A stretch of 64,000 nucleotides of DNA. It comes from an uncultured virus (IMG/VR IMGVR_UViG_3300035698_022433) (lineage: Duplodnaviria > Heunggongvirae > Uroviricota > Caudoviricetes). The position numbers were made by a program, and so were the translations under genes. Positions 11,309 through 22,130 of the stretch are shown in pieces. Position 1 is the stretch's first letter. Each line of letters begins with the position of its first letter. The stretch lies in the IMG/VR virus record IMGVR_UViG_3300035698_022433. One strand, given 5' to 3'. The notes under the pieces are model-generated. The model made no database searches. It worked only from the letters and a program-made list of their open reading frames with translations, and was not told the origin of the DNA.

Positions 11309-12435
11309 AACAAATACCACAGATTGAACCGTTGTTTGGTGAAGAAGAGACTAATGCTGTTACTGAATACATGAAATCTGGTGGTTGGTTGATGGAATAT
11401 GAAAAAACAAGAGAACTTGAAAAAATGATTGCCAACTATGTTGATGCAAAATATTGTGTTATGGTTCCAAATGGTACGTTAGCAATATCAGCAATGTTAT
11501 TAGCATTAGGCATCAAACCAGGCGACGAAGTCATAGTTCCCGACTACACCATGATGGCGACGGCGACGGCAGTATCATTAATAGGTGCAAAACCAGTTCT
11601 TGTTGATATCGAGCCACAAACACTTGCAATTGATTATAATCAATATCACGATAGAAGAATAACAAACACGCCTATGTTCAACACAAGAAAAGGCAAAGAG
11701 ACAAAAGCAGTAATTTTGGTAAGCATCAATGGTAGAGTTACAAAAGACCAACAATCACTTTATAACAATACAATGCATCATGATATTCCTGTTATTGAAG
11801 ATGCGGCACAATCACTTGGTTCATGGTTTGGCGATGAACATGTTGGTACAATGGGAGACATGGGAAGTTTTAGCTTTTCTTCGGCAAAAATTATATCTTC
11901 TGGCGGCGGAGGAGCAGTTGTAACAGACAACAAAGAATATTATGAAAAACTAAAACTCATAAAAGATTTTGGTCGTGAAAAAGCTGGTATTGATAAATGT
12001 ATTTATCCGGGAATCAATTTAAAATTTACTGATTTGCAAGCAGTTGTTCTCATAGAACAGATGAAAAAATTGTCACAACGGATAGAGCGCAAGAAAGAAA
12101 TGTACAAACGGTATAGGGAGACGCTAGAGAACGTTAGAGATATTAAGTTTATTGACACTAATTTGCGATACACTACGCCGTGGTTTGTGGACATCCTCGT
12201 TAAAAGTAGGAAGCAACGGGCAGATTTAATTGACTACCTTAAAACAAAAAGAATTGGAACTCGGCCTTTTTATCCTTCGCTTCACACTCAACTACCATAT
12301 AGTGATGCAACTAGCATGAGATTTGTTGTTTCATCACATGTTTCAAATTGTGGTCTTTGGTTGCCGTCTTCGTTAACATTAACTGATGATGATATTGATT
12401 ATGTTTGTAAAGAAATTAAAGGGGGATTAAAATGA
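11305..12435 (+). CDS. DegT/DnrJ/EryC1/StrS PLP-dependent sugar aminotransferase (perosamine-synthase-like)
   Basis: NGTLA, GDEVIVP, IEDAAQSLG, SFSSAKIISSGGGG, LWLPS. Confidence 0.92.
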   Translation: MKQIPQIEPLFGEEETNAVTEYMKSGGWLMEYEKTRELEKMIANYVDAKYCVMVPNGTLAISAMLLALGIKPGDEVIVPDYTMMATATAVSLIGAKPVLVDIEPQTLAIDYNQYHDRRITNTPMFNTRKGKETKAVILVSINGRVTKDQQSLYNNTMHHDIPVIEDAAQSLGSWFGDEHVGTMGDMGSFSFSSAKIISSGGGGAVVTDNKEYYEKLKLIKDFGREKAGIDKCIYPGINLKFTDLQAVVLIEQMKKLSQRIERKKEMYKRYRETLENVRDIKFIDTNLRYTTPWFVDILVKSRKQRADLIDYLKTKRIGTRPFYPSLHTQLPYSDATSMRFVVSSHVSNCGLWLPSSLTLTDDDIDYVCKEIKGGLK

Positions 12436-13403
12436 GTGAAGAAATACGTGTAAATGAGTTACAGAGATATCATCCAAAAAAATATATAGAATACTACATG
12501 TACAAGCGAGTAGAACCAGAACCAATACCTGGAACGGAGGCAGAAATAGCCGATGGTGTTCAAGTAAGAATGTTAGGTTTGAAACGTGGGATATGAGTAG
12601 ACCAAGTGAAAAGGCATATTCCAGAAAAGCATATTTATGGGTAACATCAACAAAGATTAAATCTAAAGTAGACAAACTTAAAAAAGAAATGTTGGATATC
12701 GAAAAGATATATCAACCCAAGGTTAAAAAATTTAGAGTACAAGTAGAAGAATCAACAAAAAAAGCAAAGGAAGAAACAAACAAATTTATAGAGGAATTGT
12801 AAAATGAGTGATTTAATCGTTCTTACATTGTCAAGAGACCAGGCTGGTAATCTTGGATGGATATTGTTTGAACAACTGAAAAGTTTAAAAAATTTACAAA
12901 GAAATGATAAAGATGAAATGCAACCGATTATTAATGATTTAGAAAATATAAATAATTCTTTACTTGAACAATTAAAGGAGGAAAAATAAAATGGAAAGAG
13001 AAATGAATGCTGATATAATAAAAGAGTTAGATAAACAAGGGATTATAACTGGATTAAATTCAAGTTTGTTTATAGATAGTATTTTTTTATCTGTAACAAA
13101 AAGAAAGCACAATGGATTAGACCCAATACTTATTAGAAGATGTTGGATGGTAGAACAGGAACAAACGAGCGAAGAACAAAAAGAACGTGGAAATGATACA
13201 TTATTGTTTTTTTGTACATACCAATATTTTCAAAACAGACGTGGAAAAACAGTAACTAAGAATAGACAGTTTACATCAGTTCCATTAGAACACGATGCTG
13301 CTTGTAAATTAGTTTTAAAACTTCGCGAACATTGTAATTGTGAAAAAGACATTAATAAATACACAATGCTTATTAAAAAATTAAGTAATTGGGAGCTAAA
13401 AAA

Positions 13404-13838
13404 ATGAAAAAAGGAATTGTATATCCAAATAGGGAACAAGAAGTAGAACAAAGTGTATTTAATGCATTAAAGAAGAAGAAATCATGGATTTGTATAGATG
13501 GCATTTGTAAGGACTGTCAATTTCGTGAAGTTGTTTGCGACCAAGATATGCCTATAAATGACAAAGTAAAAGCAAAGATAGAAAACACTTTTGCAATACA
13601 ACAAGGTTATTATAAAAAAGGAAAAGGGTATGTTGATAATAATGGAAAACTTTTTAGAGTAACAGAGTGGAAAACATCAATGAACCACGAAGAACGAGTA
13701 GAAGTTGTTGAAACAATGTTAGCAGATGGAAAAACTGAAGATGGTATTGTTGAAACAATAAAAGGTTTTAAATGGAAAGATTTTAATGAAAAAATGACAA
13801 GAAGACAAATTCAATTTTTAAAGAACGGGTTAAAATGA
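13404..13838 (+). CDS. Protein with C-terminal segment resembling archaeal primase large subunit (PriL) C-terminal domain
   Basis: NHEERV...GKTEDGIVE....KDFNEKMTRRQI resembles the PriL pattern HxxR...G...EI...PDFxExxTxYQ. Confidence 0.45.
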   Translation: MKKGIVYPNREQEVEQSVFNALKKKKSWICIDGICKDCQFREVVCDQDMPINDKVKAKIENTFAIQQGYYKKGKGYVDNNGKLFRVTEWKTSMNHEERVEVVETMLADGKTEDGIVETIKGFKWKDFNEKMTRRQIQFLKNGLK

Positions 13839-14410
13839 GCTTTAATGAGCTTCCATACGTTTACGCAAATATTCCGAAATCCGGGAAAATGTTAGACATT
13901 GGTTCGAAAATGGATTCAAAACATTATCCGCCATATCATATGATGTTTACATTTCAAACAAAAGGATATGATGTTTCTGTTATTGACAAAAATGATAATT
14001 TACCAGAAAAAGATATTTATAAATGCGATATTGAAGAAGAATCATTACCATTTAAAGATAGGACTTTTGACATTGTTTTGCTTATGCAAGTTATAGAACA
14101 TCTTGGGCGAGATTCAGTTCATGCTTTATTAGAAATAAAAAGAGTTCTTAAGCTTGGTGGTACATTGATTGTTACTACACCAAATTTCTTTGCTCTTAAT
14201 AATATTAAAAGCTTGATTTTTAAGCGCGAACAACAAGATTTTAGTTCATTGATATCGCAACATAAATATAAAAGAAATTATACAGCACATATAAGAGTTT
14301 ATACAAAAAATGAGTTAAAACAATTAATTGAATTTGCTGGACTTAAAGTAGAAAAGATAATTTTTATGCATCGTAGAGATACAATGATGGTGGTTTGTAA
14401 GCATGAATGA
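13835..14410 (+). CDS. Class I SAM-dependent methyltransferase (paralog of 15468-16049)
   Basis: LDIGS, LPFKD.TFD, VIEHL, RVLKLGG.LIVTTPN. Confidence 0.85.
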   Translation: MSFNELPYVYANIPKSGKMLDIGSKMDSKHYPPYHMMFTFQTKGYDVSVIDKNDNLPEKDIYKCDIEEESLPFKDRTFDIVLLMQVIEHLGRDSVHALLEIKRVLKLGGTLIVTTPNFFALNNIKSLIFKREQQDFSSLISQHKYKRNYTAHIRVYTKNELKQLIEFAGLKVEKIIFMHRRDTMMVVCKHE

Positions 14411-14870
14411 AATAGTAAAGTCAATAACAGATAGATATGTTAAATCATTACGATACCTTTTGGATGCAGAAATACTTAGTGATAGAAAAGTGAAAGGTAA
14501 ATTTAAGGTAAATAAATCTGCTCATCTTGTTGGTAAGAAGCTAAATCATTTGGCTATTACTGAAACGCAAATGTGTCTTAACCAATTGTTTCAAGTATAT
14601 GTTTTAAAATTAATAGAAGATGGATATGTAGAAGAATGGGGTCCGATGAAATGGGAAGACTATTGGGGTGAGTTAAGTGGTGAACATTTATTTGTTGTGG
14701 AATCACATATATCATTTAATGAAATAATACTGCCAGATAAAGAATTTTACGGGATTATAACATTACAAGAAGAATACAAAAGCAAGAAAGGGAATTATCA
14801 TTTGATATTTAATTTTAGTCTTGATGATGGTTCTCATACTGGGAGTTTTAGAATAGCATTTGTTCTATGA
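14403..14870 (+). CDS. FcoT-like hotdog-fold thioesterase domain protein
   Basis: H...E...C.NQL..VY and W..M.WEDY pattern recalled for the FcoT family. Length is consistent. Confidence 0.55.
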   Translation: MNEIVKSITDRYVKSLRYLLDAEILSDRKVKGKFKVNKSAHLVGKKLNHLAITETQMCLNQLFQVYVLKLIEDGYVEEWGPMKWEDYWGELSGEHLFVVESHISFNEIILPDKEFYGIITLQEEYKSKKGNYHLIFNFSLDDGSHTGSFRIAFVL

Positions 14871-15467
14871 GGTGGTAAAATCAAAGTAGGGAAAGTAATA
14901 TTTAGAATAAATTATTTGAAAAGGTGAAATAAAAGTGAAAGACGAAAAAGAAAAAATAAGAAAATTTTTTAATATGCAGTATGTAAAAATGAAGCGTGTT
15001 GCTGCAGTTGGTAGTATGATATTATTAGCTATTAACTTAACATTAACGCTTTATCAATATATTGAGCATAGGGATATTCATCCATACATAGGAATTCCAA
15101 TTTTGTTTGTGGCGATTATGCTAGTGATATTATTATGTGCTCATATTTATGTTAAAAAAATGGAGATGTATAGGACTGAGGCACATGCTGAAGTGGTGTT
15201 CAATCCATTCTCAGTGTATGCATTTTCACCGTTTGAAGAAATGATGTATACAAATAGTATTGTGCCAATAATGGAAGCAATGGTTCATTTATTGCCGAAA
15301 GGAAGTGATGAAAGAAAAACATTGGATATTAAATCAAAAAAGTTTAGGCGGTGGTGCGAAATGGGATATATACCAAAGGATGAGTTTCCAGATAAGTTGA
15401 AAGAATATTATATTACTAATATGCAAAGAAGATTGTAAAATGAATAAGTTAAAAATAGGTAGATATC

Positions 15468-16049
15468 ATGAGTGTAAGTGAATTACCATTAGTTTATGAT
15501 TGGATAAATAAGCCAGGAAAGTTATTAGAGATAGGTGGCAAGACAGGTAACAAAAATTATATTCCATACCATATAAGGGAACAATTAATAAAAAAAGGAC
15601 ATGATTATTATGGTATAGATAAGAACGATAACATACCTGAATTAAATGTACAACAATGTGATATTGAAAAAAAGAAGCTACCGTTTGATGATTTTACTTT
15701 TGATTATGTTATATTGATGCACGTACTAGAACATTTAGGTAGGAATCCAGTTTTTGCTTTGGAAGAAATGTTTAGGGTATTGAAGTACAGTGGCTTATTA
15801 ATTGTTACAACACCAAATTTCTTTAACTTAACAAACATGTGGTTGTTGATATCAAAGGGTAAACAACAAGGTTTTGATTCTATTATTGAAGATTATGAAA
15901 AAGAAACTGGTTATACTGGGCATATAAGAGTATATACTAAAAAAGAAGCTATTAAGTTATTGGAACATGTAGGATTTGATTTAATTAAATTCCGTTTTAT
16001 GCATAGAAGAGACACGTTCATGGTTGTAGGTAAGAAAACAATGAGGTAG
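15468..16049 (+). CDS. Class I SAM-dependent methyltransferase (paralog of 13835-14410)
   Basis: Shares ELP.VY, IDKNDN, CDIE, EHLGR, TTPNFF, HIRVYTK and FMHRRDT with 13835-14410. Confidence 0.85.
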   Translation: MSVSELPLVYDWINKPGKLLEIGGKTGNKNYIPYHIREQLIKKGHDYYGIDKNDNIPELNVQQCDIEKKKLPFDDFTFDYVILMHVLEHLGRNPVFALEEMFRVLKYSGLLIVTTPNFFNLTNMWLLISKGKQQGFDSIIEDYEKETGYTGHIRVYTKKEAIKLLEHVGFDLIKFRFMHRRDTFMVVGKKTMR

Positions 16050-16053
16050 CTGG

Positions 16054-16737
16054 ATGGATGACAAAATAAAATATGTAAGTGCATTGAAGACAGTTAAACA
16101 AATATTTGATAATCACGGCATTAGATTTTGGCTAGACTATGGTACATTATTAGGTGCTGTAAGAGAAGGAAAAATGATTGACCATGATTATGATATTGAT
16201 TTAGCTGTGTGGATAAATGATGTTCCTAAGATTGGTAAAACACGCAAGGAATTTAAAAAAGCCGGGTATACCTTGTATGTTAATCCAAACCACGGAAATT
16301 ATCAAATTAGGGAACTTAGTGATGGAACGCCAGTATTGCCTGTAAAAAGGATACATCATTTGTTATGTATCTTATTTAGAGGAAAAAAAGAAGGTTATGT
16401 TACTAGGCTCCGTCTCTATCCTTTTGTTAAAGCATTAGCGTTCTTTAATAGAACAAATAGATTTGACGGTTTTGTTAGTTTTGTATGGAGTGTTGTAGTT
16501 AGATTAAAATTATATAAATATGAATGGATTACATCAACATTAAAAGATATAGGTAGCTTTAAAACAACTGTATTTTACGGTGATACATTTTTAATTCCGG
16601 AAAAACCTGAATCATATTTAGAATTTTTATATGGTGATTGGAAAACTCCAATAAAAGGAGGAGCTAAAGAAGTTGGTCTTAAAAGATTGACTGTAGATGA
16701 TATAAATGAAAGAAAAAAAAATTCTCAAAACATTTAA
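16054..16737 (+). CDS. LicD-family phosphotransferase
   Basis: FWLDYGTLLGAVREG..IDHDYDIDLA, YLEFLYGDWKTP. Confidence 0.88.
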   Translation: MDDKIKYVSALKTVKQIFDNHGIRFWLDYGTLLGAVREGKMIDHDYDIDLAVWINDVPKIGKTRKEFKKAGYTLYVNPNHGNYQIRELSDGTPVLPVKRIHHLLCILFRGKKEGYVTRLRLYPFVKALAFFNRTNRFDGFVSFVWSVVVRLKLYKYEWITSTLKDIGSFKTTVFYGDTFLIPEKPESYLEFLYGDWKTPIKGGAKEVGLKRLTVDDINERKKNSQNI

Positions 16738-17596
16738 TGAATTAAATCAAATGCTTAAAGATAATGGTGTTGAATTTTGGTTACACAGAGCAACATTATT
16801 AAGTGCAGTTAGAGATAAAAAATTTATTGATTACGATATTGATTTGTGTATGTTTAGAAAAGATATGTACAAGATTAATGAATTAGCGCCAGAACTATAT
16901 AAAAAAGGATTTGATGTTAAATTTACACCACGTAGTGTTTTGATAGAAAAAGGAGATTTTGAAAGTGGGCTTGGATTTTACAGTTTAGATGATGATATTA
17001 TTTCATTTCAATCACCGTATCACTATACTGGTTTTATTTCTAGACTGATACGATATGTTTTTTTAGATGGTCTAATGAAAGTTAAATACAAAAATTTGTT
17101 GCATAATGAATCAACAAAAGCAAAGGTACTTTCTAAAGCACATGGTTTTCTACATATGTTGCCGTGTAAAAAGACATTGATTGGTATTTGTTATTGGTTG
17201 CTTAAACGAAGTGGAGCATTTTGTGTAAAGCACACAATTCCAAAAGAATATGTATTACCGTTACGTGATTGTGTATTTTATAATATAACATTTAAAATTC
17301 CAAATGATACCAATAATTATTTATCATTGTTTTATGGTAAAGAATGGAAAACACCAGACCCAAATTTTCCACACAAACCTACATTGAAAGAATATAATGG
17401 GTTTAAAAATACGTGGAGAAAGTTTATAGTTAAATGTCCAATATGTGGTACAGAAGTTGTTATTGATAATCCACATAAAAAGGATGATGATAAAGGATTT
17501 ATGATACCAATTGAAGTAAAGTGTAGTAAATGCGGTAGATACTGGCAAGAAAAAGCATTTGTTGTTGGCATAGTAGCAAAAAAAATAGAGGTATAG
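16706..17596 (+). CDS. LicD-family phosphotransferase with C-terminal zinc ribbon
   Basis: FWL..ATLLSAVRD...DYDIDL, YGKEWKTP, C-terminal CPICG...CSKCG. Confidence 0.82.
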   Translation: MKEKKILKTFNELNQMLKDNGVEFWLHRATLLSAVRDKKFIDYDIDLCMFRKDMYKINELAPELYKKGFDVKFTPRSVLIEKGDFESGLGFYSLDDDIISFQSPYHYTGFISRLIRYVFLDGLMKVKYKNLLHNESTKAKVLSKAHGFLHMLPCKKTLIGICYWLLKRSGAFCVKHTIPKEYVLPLRDCVFYNITFKIPNDTNNYLSLFYGKEWKTPDPNFPHKPTLKEYNGFKNTWRKFIVKCPICGTEVVIDNPHKKDDDKGFMIPIEVKCSKCGRYWQEKAFVVGIVAKKIEV

Positions 17597-17598
17597 AT

Positions 17599-18156
17599 AT
17601 GTGTGAATATTGGAAAGAAGTATGGAACAGAAAAGGAAAGGCAGATACAGATGACTTAAACGAACTTGATGGATACAACACTGTTGTTGCAGACATACAA
17701 TATATTGCTAACAGTATCATTGGTGAATTAGAAATTAAATCAACCGATAGGGTTTTGGAAGTTGGGTGCGGTGCAGGTGCACTTGCACAATATTTAACAT
17801 CATATTGTAAGGAATATATTGGTATTGATTATACTAAATCATTAGTTGATAAACATATAAAGATACTACAGAACTCTGTGTTAGTGGCTGAAGCTAATGA
17901 TATTCCGTTTAAAGATAATTACTTTGATAAGAGTTTTTCATATTCAGTGTTTCATTATTTCCAAGACAAGGAATATGCTAAGAAAGCATTTGATGAAATG
18001 AAGAGAGTCACCATTGGTAACATATATGTAGGTGATCTGCCGCCGTTGTCGCATAGGAAAGAACATTTGTTGTTTTCTGCAAATGATTTTGATGATGGAA
18101 TTATTTCCGGTGGCTTGTACAATCCAATACGATTTAATTTAACGTTTAAAAGGTGA
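17599..18156 (+). CDS. Class I SAM-dependent methyltransferase
   Basis: VLEVGCGAG, IPFKDNYFD, SVFHYF. Confidence 0.85.
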   Translation: MCEYWKEVWNRKGKADTDDLNELDGYNTVVADIQYIANSIIGELEIKSTDRVLEVGCGAGALAQYLTSYCKEYIGIDYTKSLVDKHIKILQNSVLVAEANDIPFKDNYFDKSFSYSVFHYFQDKEYAKKAFDEMKRVTIGNIYVGDLPPLSHRKEHLLFSANDFDDGIISGGLYNPIRFNLTFKR

Positions 18157-18164
18157 TGTTTTAA

Positions 18165-19196
18165 TTGAAAATAGGAATTAACGGGTTCGGTAGGATAGGA
18201 AAAGCAATATTCAGAATAAATCATTTAAAAAAGTATTTTGATGTAGTTGCAATAAATGATATCAATAGGGATAATAAAAATCTTGCATATCAATTGAAAT
18301 ATGATTCAACATATGGAAGGTTGCCTGATACAATAAAAGGTAATACAAAAGGCATTGTTATTAATGATAATGAAATCAAAGTATTTCACGAAAAGGATAT
18401 TTTTAATGTTCCGTGGAATAAACATGCTGTTGACGTTGTTATAGATGCATCTGGTATTCATTCAAATGTTTTAAATGCTCGAATGATTAAGGATGTTGGA
18501 AAATGCATTGTTACGCATTCACCTGATGAAAACTTAGTTGATAGATCAATAATAATGGGTGTAAATGAAAACACATTAACAAACAGTGATTTTCTTATAT
18601 CAAGTAGTATTTGTGATGCAAACGCATTTGCTCCAGTTATTAATGTACTAAATGAGAAATTTGGAGTTAGACACGGATTTCTAACGACGATGCATCCATG
18701 GCTTAATTATCAAAATCTTCTTGATGGACAAGCAATATCATTCGGTTATCCAGGAACGACATACGGGAAGTATGAGCTTGGTAGGGCAAGTACACAATCA
18801 CTTATACCAAAACCAACATCATGCATAACTGCTACATGTATGGTCCTTCCTTTTTTGAAAAATAAATTCTTAAGTATGTCATATCGAATTCCAACAACAA
18901 TTGTTTCGTCGTGTGATATTTCTGTTAAGCTTGATAGTCCAGCAACAAAAGAAATCATTGGTTGGATATTCAAAAAACAACAACAACAACAACAATATAA
19001 AATATTTTGCAATAACAGCGAACCATTAGTATCAATTGATTTTGTGAAATCTGATTATTCTGCAATTGTTGACCACAGATGGACAATGGTTAACGATGAT
19101 AATTATGTAAAGATGGTTTTGTGGTACGACAACGAATGGGGCTATAGTCATAGAGTTGTTGATTTAGTTAGTTATATTGGAGAAAACAAGTTATGA
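18165..19196 (+). CDS. Divergent type I GAPDH/erythrose-4-phosphate dehydrogenase-family protein
   Basis: KIGINGFGRIG, VAIND, LKYDSTYG, WYDNEWGYS. Active-site region is SSICDANA rather than ASCTTN. Confidence 0.85.
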   Translation: MKIGINGFGRIGKAIFRINHLKKYFDVVAINDINRDNKNLAYQLKYDSTYGRLPDTIKGNTKGIVINDNEIKVFHEKDIFNVPWNKHAVDVVIDASGIHSNVLNARMIKDVGKCIVTHSPDENLVDRSIIMGVNENTLTNSDFLISSSICDANAFAPVINVLNEKFGVRHGFLTTMHPWLNYQNLLDGQAISFGYPGTTYGKYELGRASTQSLIPKPTSCITATCMVLPFLKNKFLSMSYRIPTTIVSSCDISVKLDSPATKEIIGWIFKKQQQQQQYKIFCNNSEPLVSIDFVKSDYSAIVDHRWTMVNDDNYVKMVLWYDNEWGYSHRVVDLVSYIGENKL

Positions 19197-19786
19197 ATAA
19201 TTGTAATTCAACTGGAGAATGGATTGGGATTGGCTTAGCTGATGTTGGTCTTACTGTTGGTATAGTTGGTTTAATTATAGTATCGGTATGGGGAATTATT
19301 AGTCGTCCAGAAACAAAAACGTGGGTTATTATTGGAATAGCAGGAACTATAATTGGTATTGCATCATTATTTTTTATAGGAGGGATAAAATGATAGTTAA
19401 ACCAATGTTTGTGGATTTAGAAATTAGAAGCGCAAATGGAATGATAGCAGAATTGTTTATTTTTCCTATTATTTGGATTTATAAAAAACTAAAGGTGGTA
19501 AAATGAAAGAATACATACGATATTGTGATACTTGTGGAGAAAAGATATATCCATATAGCGAAGGAACAGTTACGCTTTATAGAGACATTCGTTTTGGTGT
19601 TGGACACAGGTATAAAGATTTTATGAATAAAGATGAAATGGCTTTAGAGTTACCAGATGATTTTGATGATTTTGGAAAGCGATGGACAAGTGCCGATGAT
19701 AATGAGTTTTCTTTTTGTTGCTTAGACCATTGTTTGCAATTTATATGCGAAGCATATGCTAAAGTACATAGTAAGGAAGTGAAAAC

Positions 19787-20338
19787 ATGAAACAAAAAGT
19801 GATTTTAATCGGTGGCGCTGCTGGAACAGGAAAAACGACTGTTGCAAGAGAAGCAGCGAACAGGTTTAATATACATCATAGAATTGGAACTGGATTCATT
19901 AGAGAAATTGTAAAAACAGAAACAAAGAATAGTTGTTTAGATTCTCACACATATTTGTTAACTACTCGTCAGGCATATAATCACCTTGTCGATCAAACAA
20001 CCGCAATGTTAAAATCAATTAATGCGTGCATAAACAGAGCAGGACAGGAAGGGACATCAGTTATTATTGAAGGCAGTCATATTCTTCCTTGGTTGATAAA
20101 AAATAAGTATGTTACTCATTCACTTATTCTTTATGTTGAAGATGAAAAAATGCATAGAGTGATGCTTGATGGAATTTCGCATAAAGAGAGAATTATTACA
20201 GATGATAATTTCAAGAGAATCCGCGAGATGCAATATTCAATTGTTCATTTAGCAGAAGTTAATGGAGTTCATTTGATAAAAAGTGGAATGGATGAAGAGC
20301 ATATAATTGATGATGTGAAGAGGGTGATATTACGATAG
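19787..20338 (+). CDS. 2-phosphoglycerate-kinase-like P-loop kinase
   Basis: ILIGGAAGTGKTT, IGTGFIRE, EGTSVIIEGSHILP, NFKRIREMQ. Confidence 0.7.
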   Translation: MKQKVILIGGAAGTGKTTVAREAANRFNIHHRIGTGFIREIVKTETKNSCLDSHTYLLTTRQAYNHLVDQTTAMLKSINACINRAGQEGTSVIIEGSHILPWLIKNKYVTHSLILYVEDEKMHRVMLDGISHKERIITDDNFKRIREMQYSIVHLAEVNGVHLIKSGMDEEHIIDDVKRVILR

Positions 20339-21051
20339 ATGTTGTCATTACCGCAGCTGGTAGAGGAACAAGATTGCAACCATACACATTTGAAAAACCG
20401 AAGTGTTTAGTTCCAATACAAGGAAAGACATTGCTTGATATTCAATGTCGTTTTTTTCTTTTAGATTATGTAAAAACACCTGCTAAGAACCTTATTGTTG
20501 TAACAGGATATTTACATAAGAAGATTGAAAAAAGTTTGAAAGTGAAACATGTAAAATACATTGTAAATAAAGATTTTGATACCACAAGCTGTGGCTATTC
20601 AATGGTACAAGGATTAAAAGAAACGAAAAATGATGTTATTTATTTTAATTCTGACTTATTGTTTGACAAGTATTTACCAAAAAAATTAATAGAATCAAAT
20701 CATGATAATTGTGTTTGTATAAAACCAGCAGATGCAAAATTTAAGTTAGGAGAGCGTGGATACATGAAAGATAGTGTTATTGAATACATTGGTATTGGTA
20801 ATGTTTGTCCTTATAATATACGAGTTGTTGGACCAACATTGTTGTCAAAAAAGGGAGTTAAAAATCTGATATCACTATATGAAAAATTAACAAAGGAAGA
20901 AAAAGAGTCAATTCATTGTTTACCGTTATTAGGAAAATTTGCTGAAGAACATGAGTTGTACGGTGTTGAAGTGGATGATAGCGCTGTTATGGAAATAAAT
21001 ACAAATAGAGATTGGAAAATTGCGAGTTTAATGTGGAGTGAGTTTGAATGA
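20335..21051 (+). CDS. NTP transferase (LicC/phosphocholine or phosphonate cytidylyltransferase-like)
   Basis: The frame extends upstream of the track ORF to give (I)DVVITAAGRGTRLQPYT..KPKCL, the nucleotidyltransferase signature. Also VTGY, NSDLLF, EINT. Confidence 0.85.
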   Translation: MDVVITAAGRGTRLQPYTFEKPKCLVPIQGKTLLDIQCRFFLLDYVKTPAKNLIVVTGYLHKKIEKSLKVKHVKYIVNKDFDTTSCGYSMVQGLKETKNDVIYFNSDLLFDKYLPKKLIESNHDNCVCIKPADAKFKLGERGYMKDSVIEYIGIGNVCPYNIRVVGPTLLSKKGVKNLISLYEKLTKEEKESIHCLPLLGKFAEEHELYGVEVDDSAVMEINTNRDWKIASLMWSEFE

Positions 21052-21320
21052 ATGTTGTTGGAGTTATTTTTGGAGCGTGTTTTTTTATGCTGTCTTTTGT
21101 TACATTACTGTTTTTGATTGCTTCGTCGCATGATATTTACGCATTTATGCGGAGTATTTTTTTTCCGATGATAGTTGTTTGTTATCTCGTTATACTTATT
21201 GGATATTCTGTAGCAAAGAGATTTGTAAGAAGTAGTGGTGAGGAATGGTAATATGCCTTTATTGAGAAAAAGATCGAGAAAGTATATGTTGAACCAAGGG
21301 ATGGTTTGTTCAATTACTGA

Positions 21321-21857
21321 TTGCGAGCGAGCAACACGAATAAAGGGAATGTGTCGGAAGCATTATCAACAGAAAAATTATCTGAAATAGAGGAGCAGAA
21401 AATGAAAGAGGAAGAAGAAACATCAATAGGATTTAAGCAATGGGTTACAAAAACAATTATTGTTACTTTAACATTGCTTGCAATTGTTTATCTTATACAA
21501 TTATATTTTGATGTGCAAATACTTGTTGATACATTGATTGCTATCACTATCGTATTAGTTATTGGTTTTACGCATGAGGCATTGCACTATCGAGTGGCCA
21601 CAAAACTTGGTTATACACCGAAATGGTGGAGAACGAAATTAAGAATGGGATTTGAAATAGCACATCATACAAACAGAAAACAATGGACTATTGATAAGAA
21701 GAAAATTGCGACAGCACCATATGTTGTTTTAATTCCGATTACTATTGTTGTGTTATTGTTAGGAATTTACTTTGAAAATCTTGGATTGATAATTGCTGGA
21801 GTAGGAAGTTTATTGTTACATGGTATAAGTTGGCCAACGGAAGGGAAAGAAATATGA
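21321..21857 (+). CDS. Membrane protein with HExxH motif (zincin/DUF3267-like)
   Basis: Transmembrane segments, THEALHY, downstream IATAPY. Confidence 0.5.
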   Translation: MRASNTNKGNVSEALSTEKLSEIEEQKMKEEEETSIGFKQWVTKTIIVTLTLLAIVYLIQLYFDVQILVDTLIAITIVLVIGFTHEALHYRVATKLGYTPKWWRTKLRMGFEIAHHTNRKQWTIDKKKIATAPYVVLIPITIVVLLLGIYFENLGLIIAGVGSLLLHGISWPTEGKEI

Positions 21858-22130
21858 AACATAAGTTTATTTTTTCTTTGTTTGCTGTTGGCATAATGAT
21901 AGTTATAATTTTAATAATAAAATGAGGTGGTATAATACGTGTGATATGCGATTACTGCAATAAACCATTTTCTAGATCACATAGTGCAGTTAATAAATGG
22001 CGGTTCCATTTTTGTACTAAAAAATGTTATATGCAGTATAGAAGAGAAGTTTGGAAACCGAAGAAATATATTAAGAAGGATACAAGTTATCAAAAAAAGT
22101 TAAAATATCTTGCGAACTTGAGGTTAGAAA

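Noticed and set aside
18977..18995. (CAA)6 microsatellite in the GAPDH-like gene
   Set aside because: An in-frame poly-Gln of six residues, with no evidence of phase variation.
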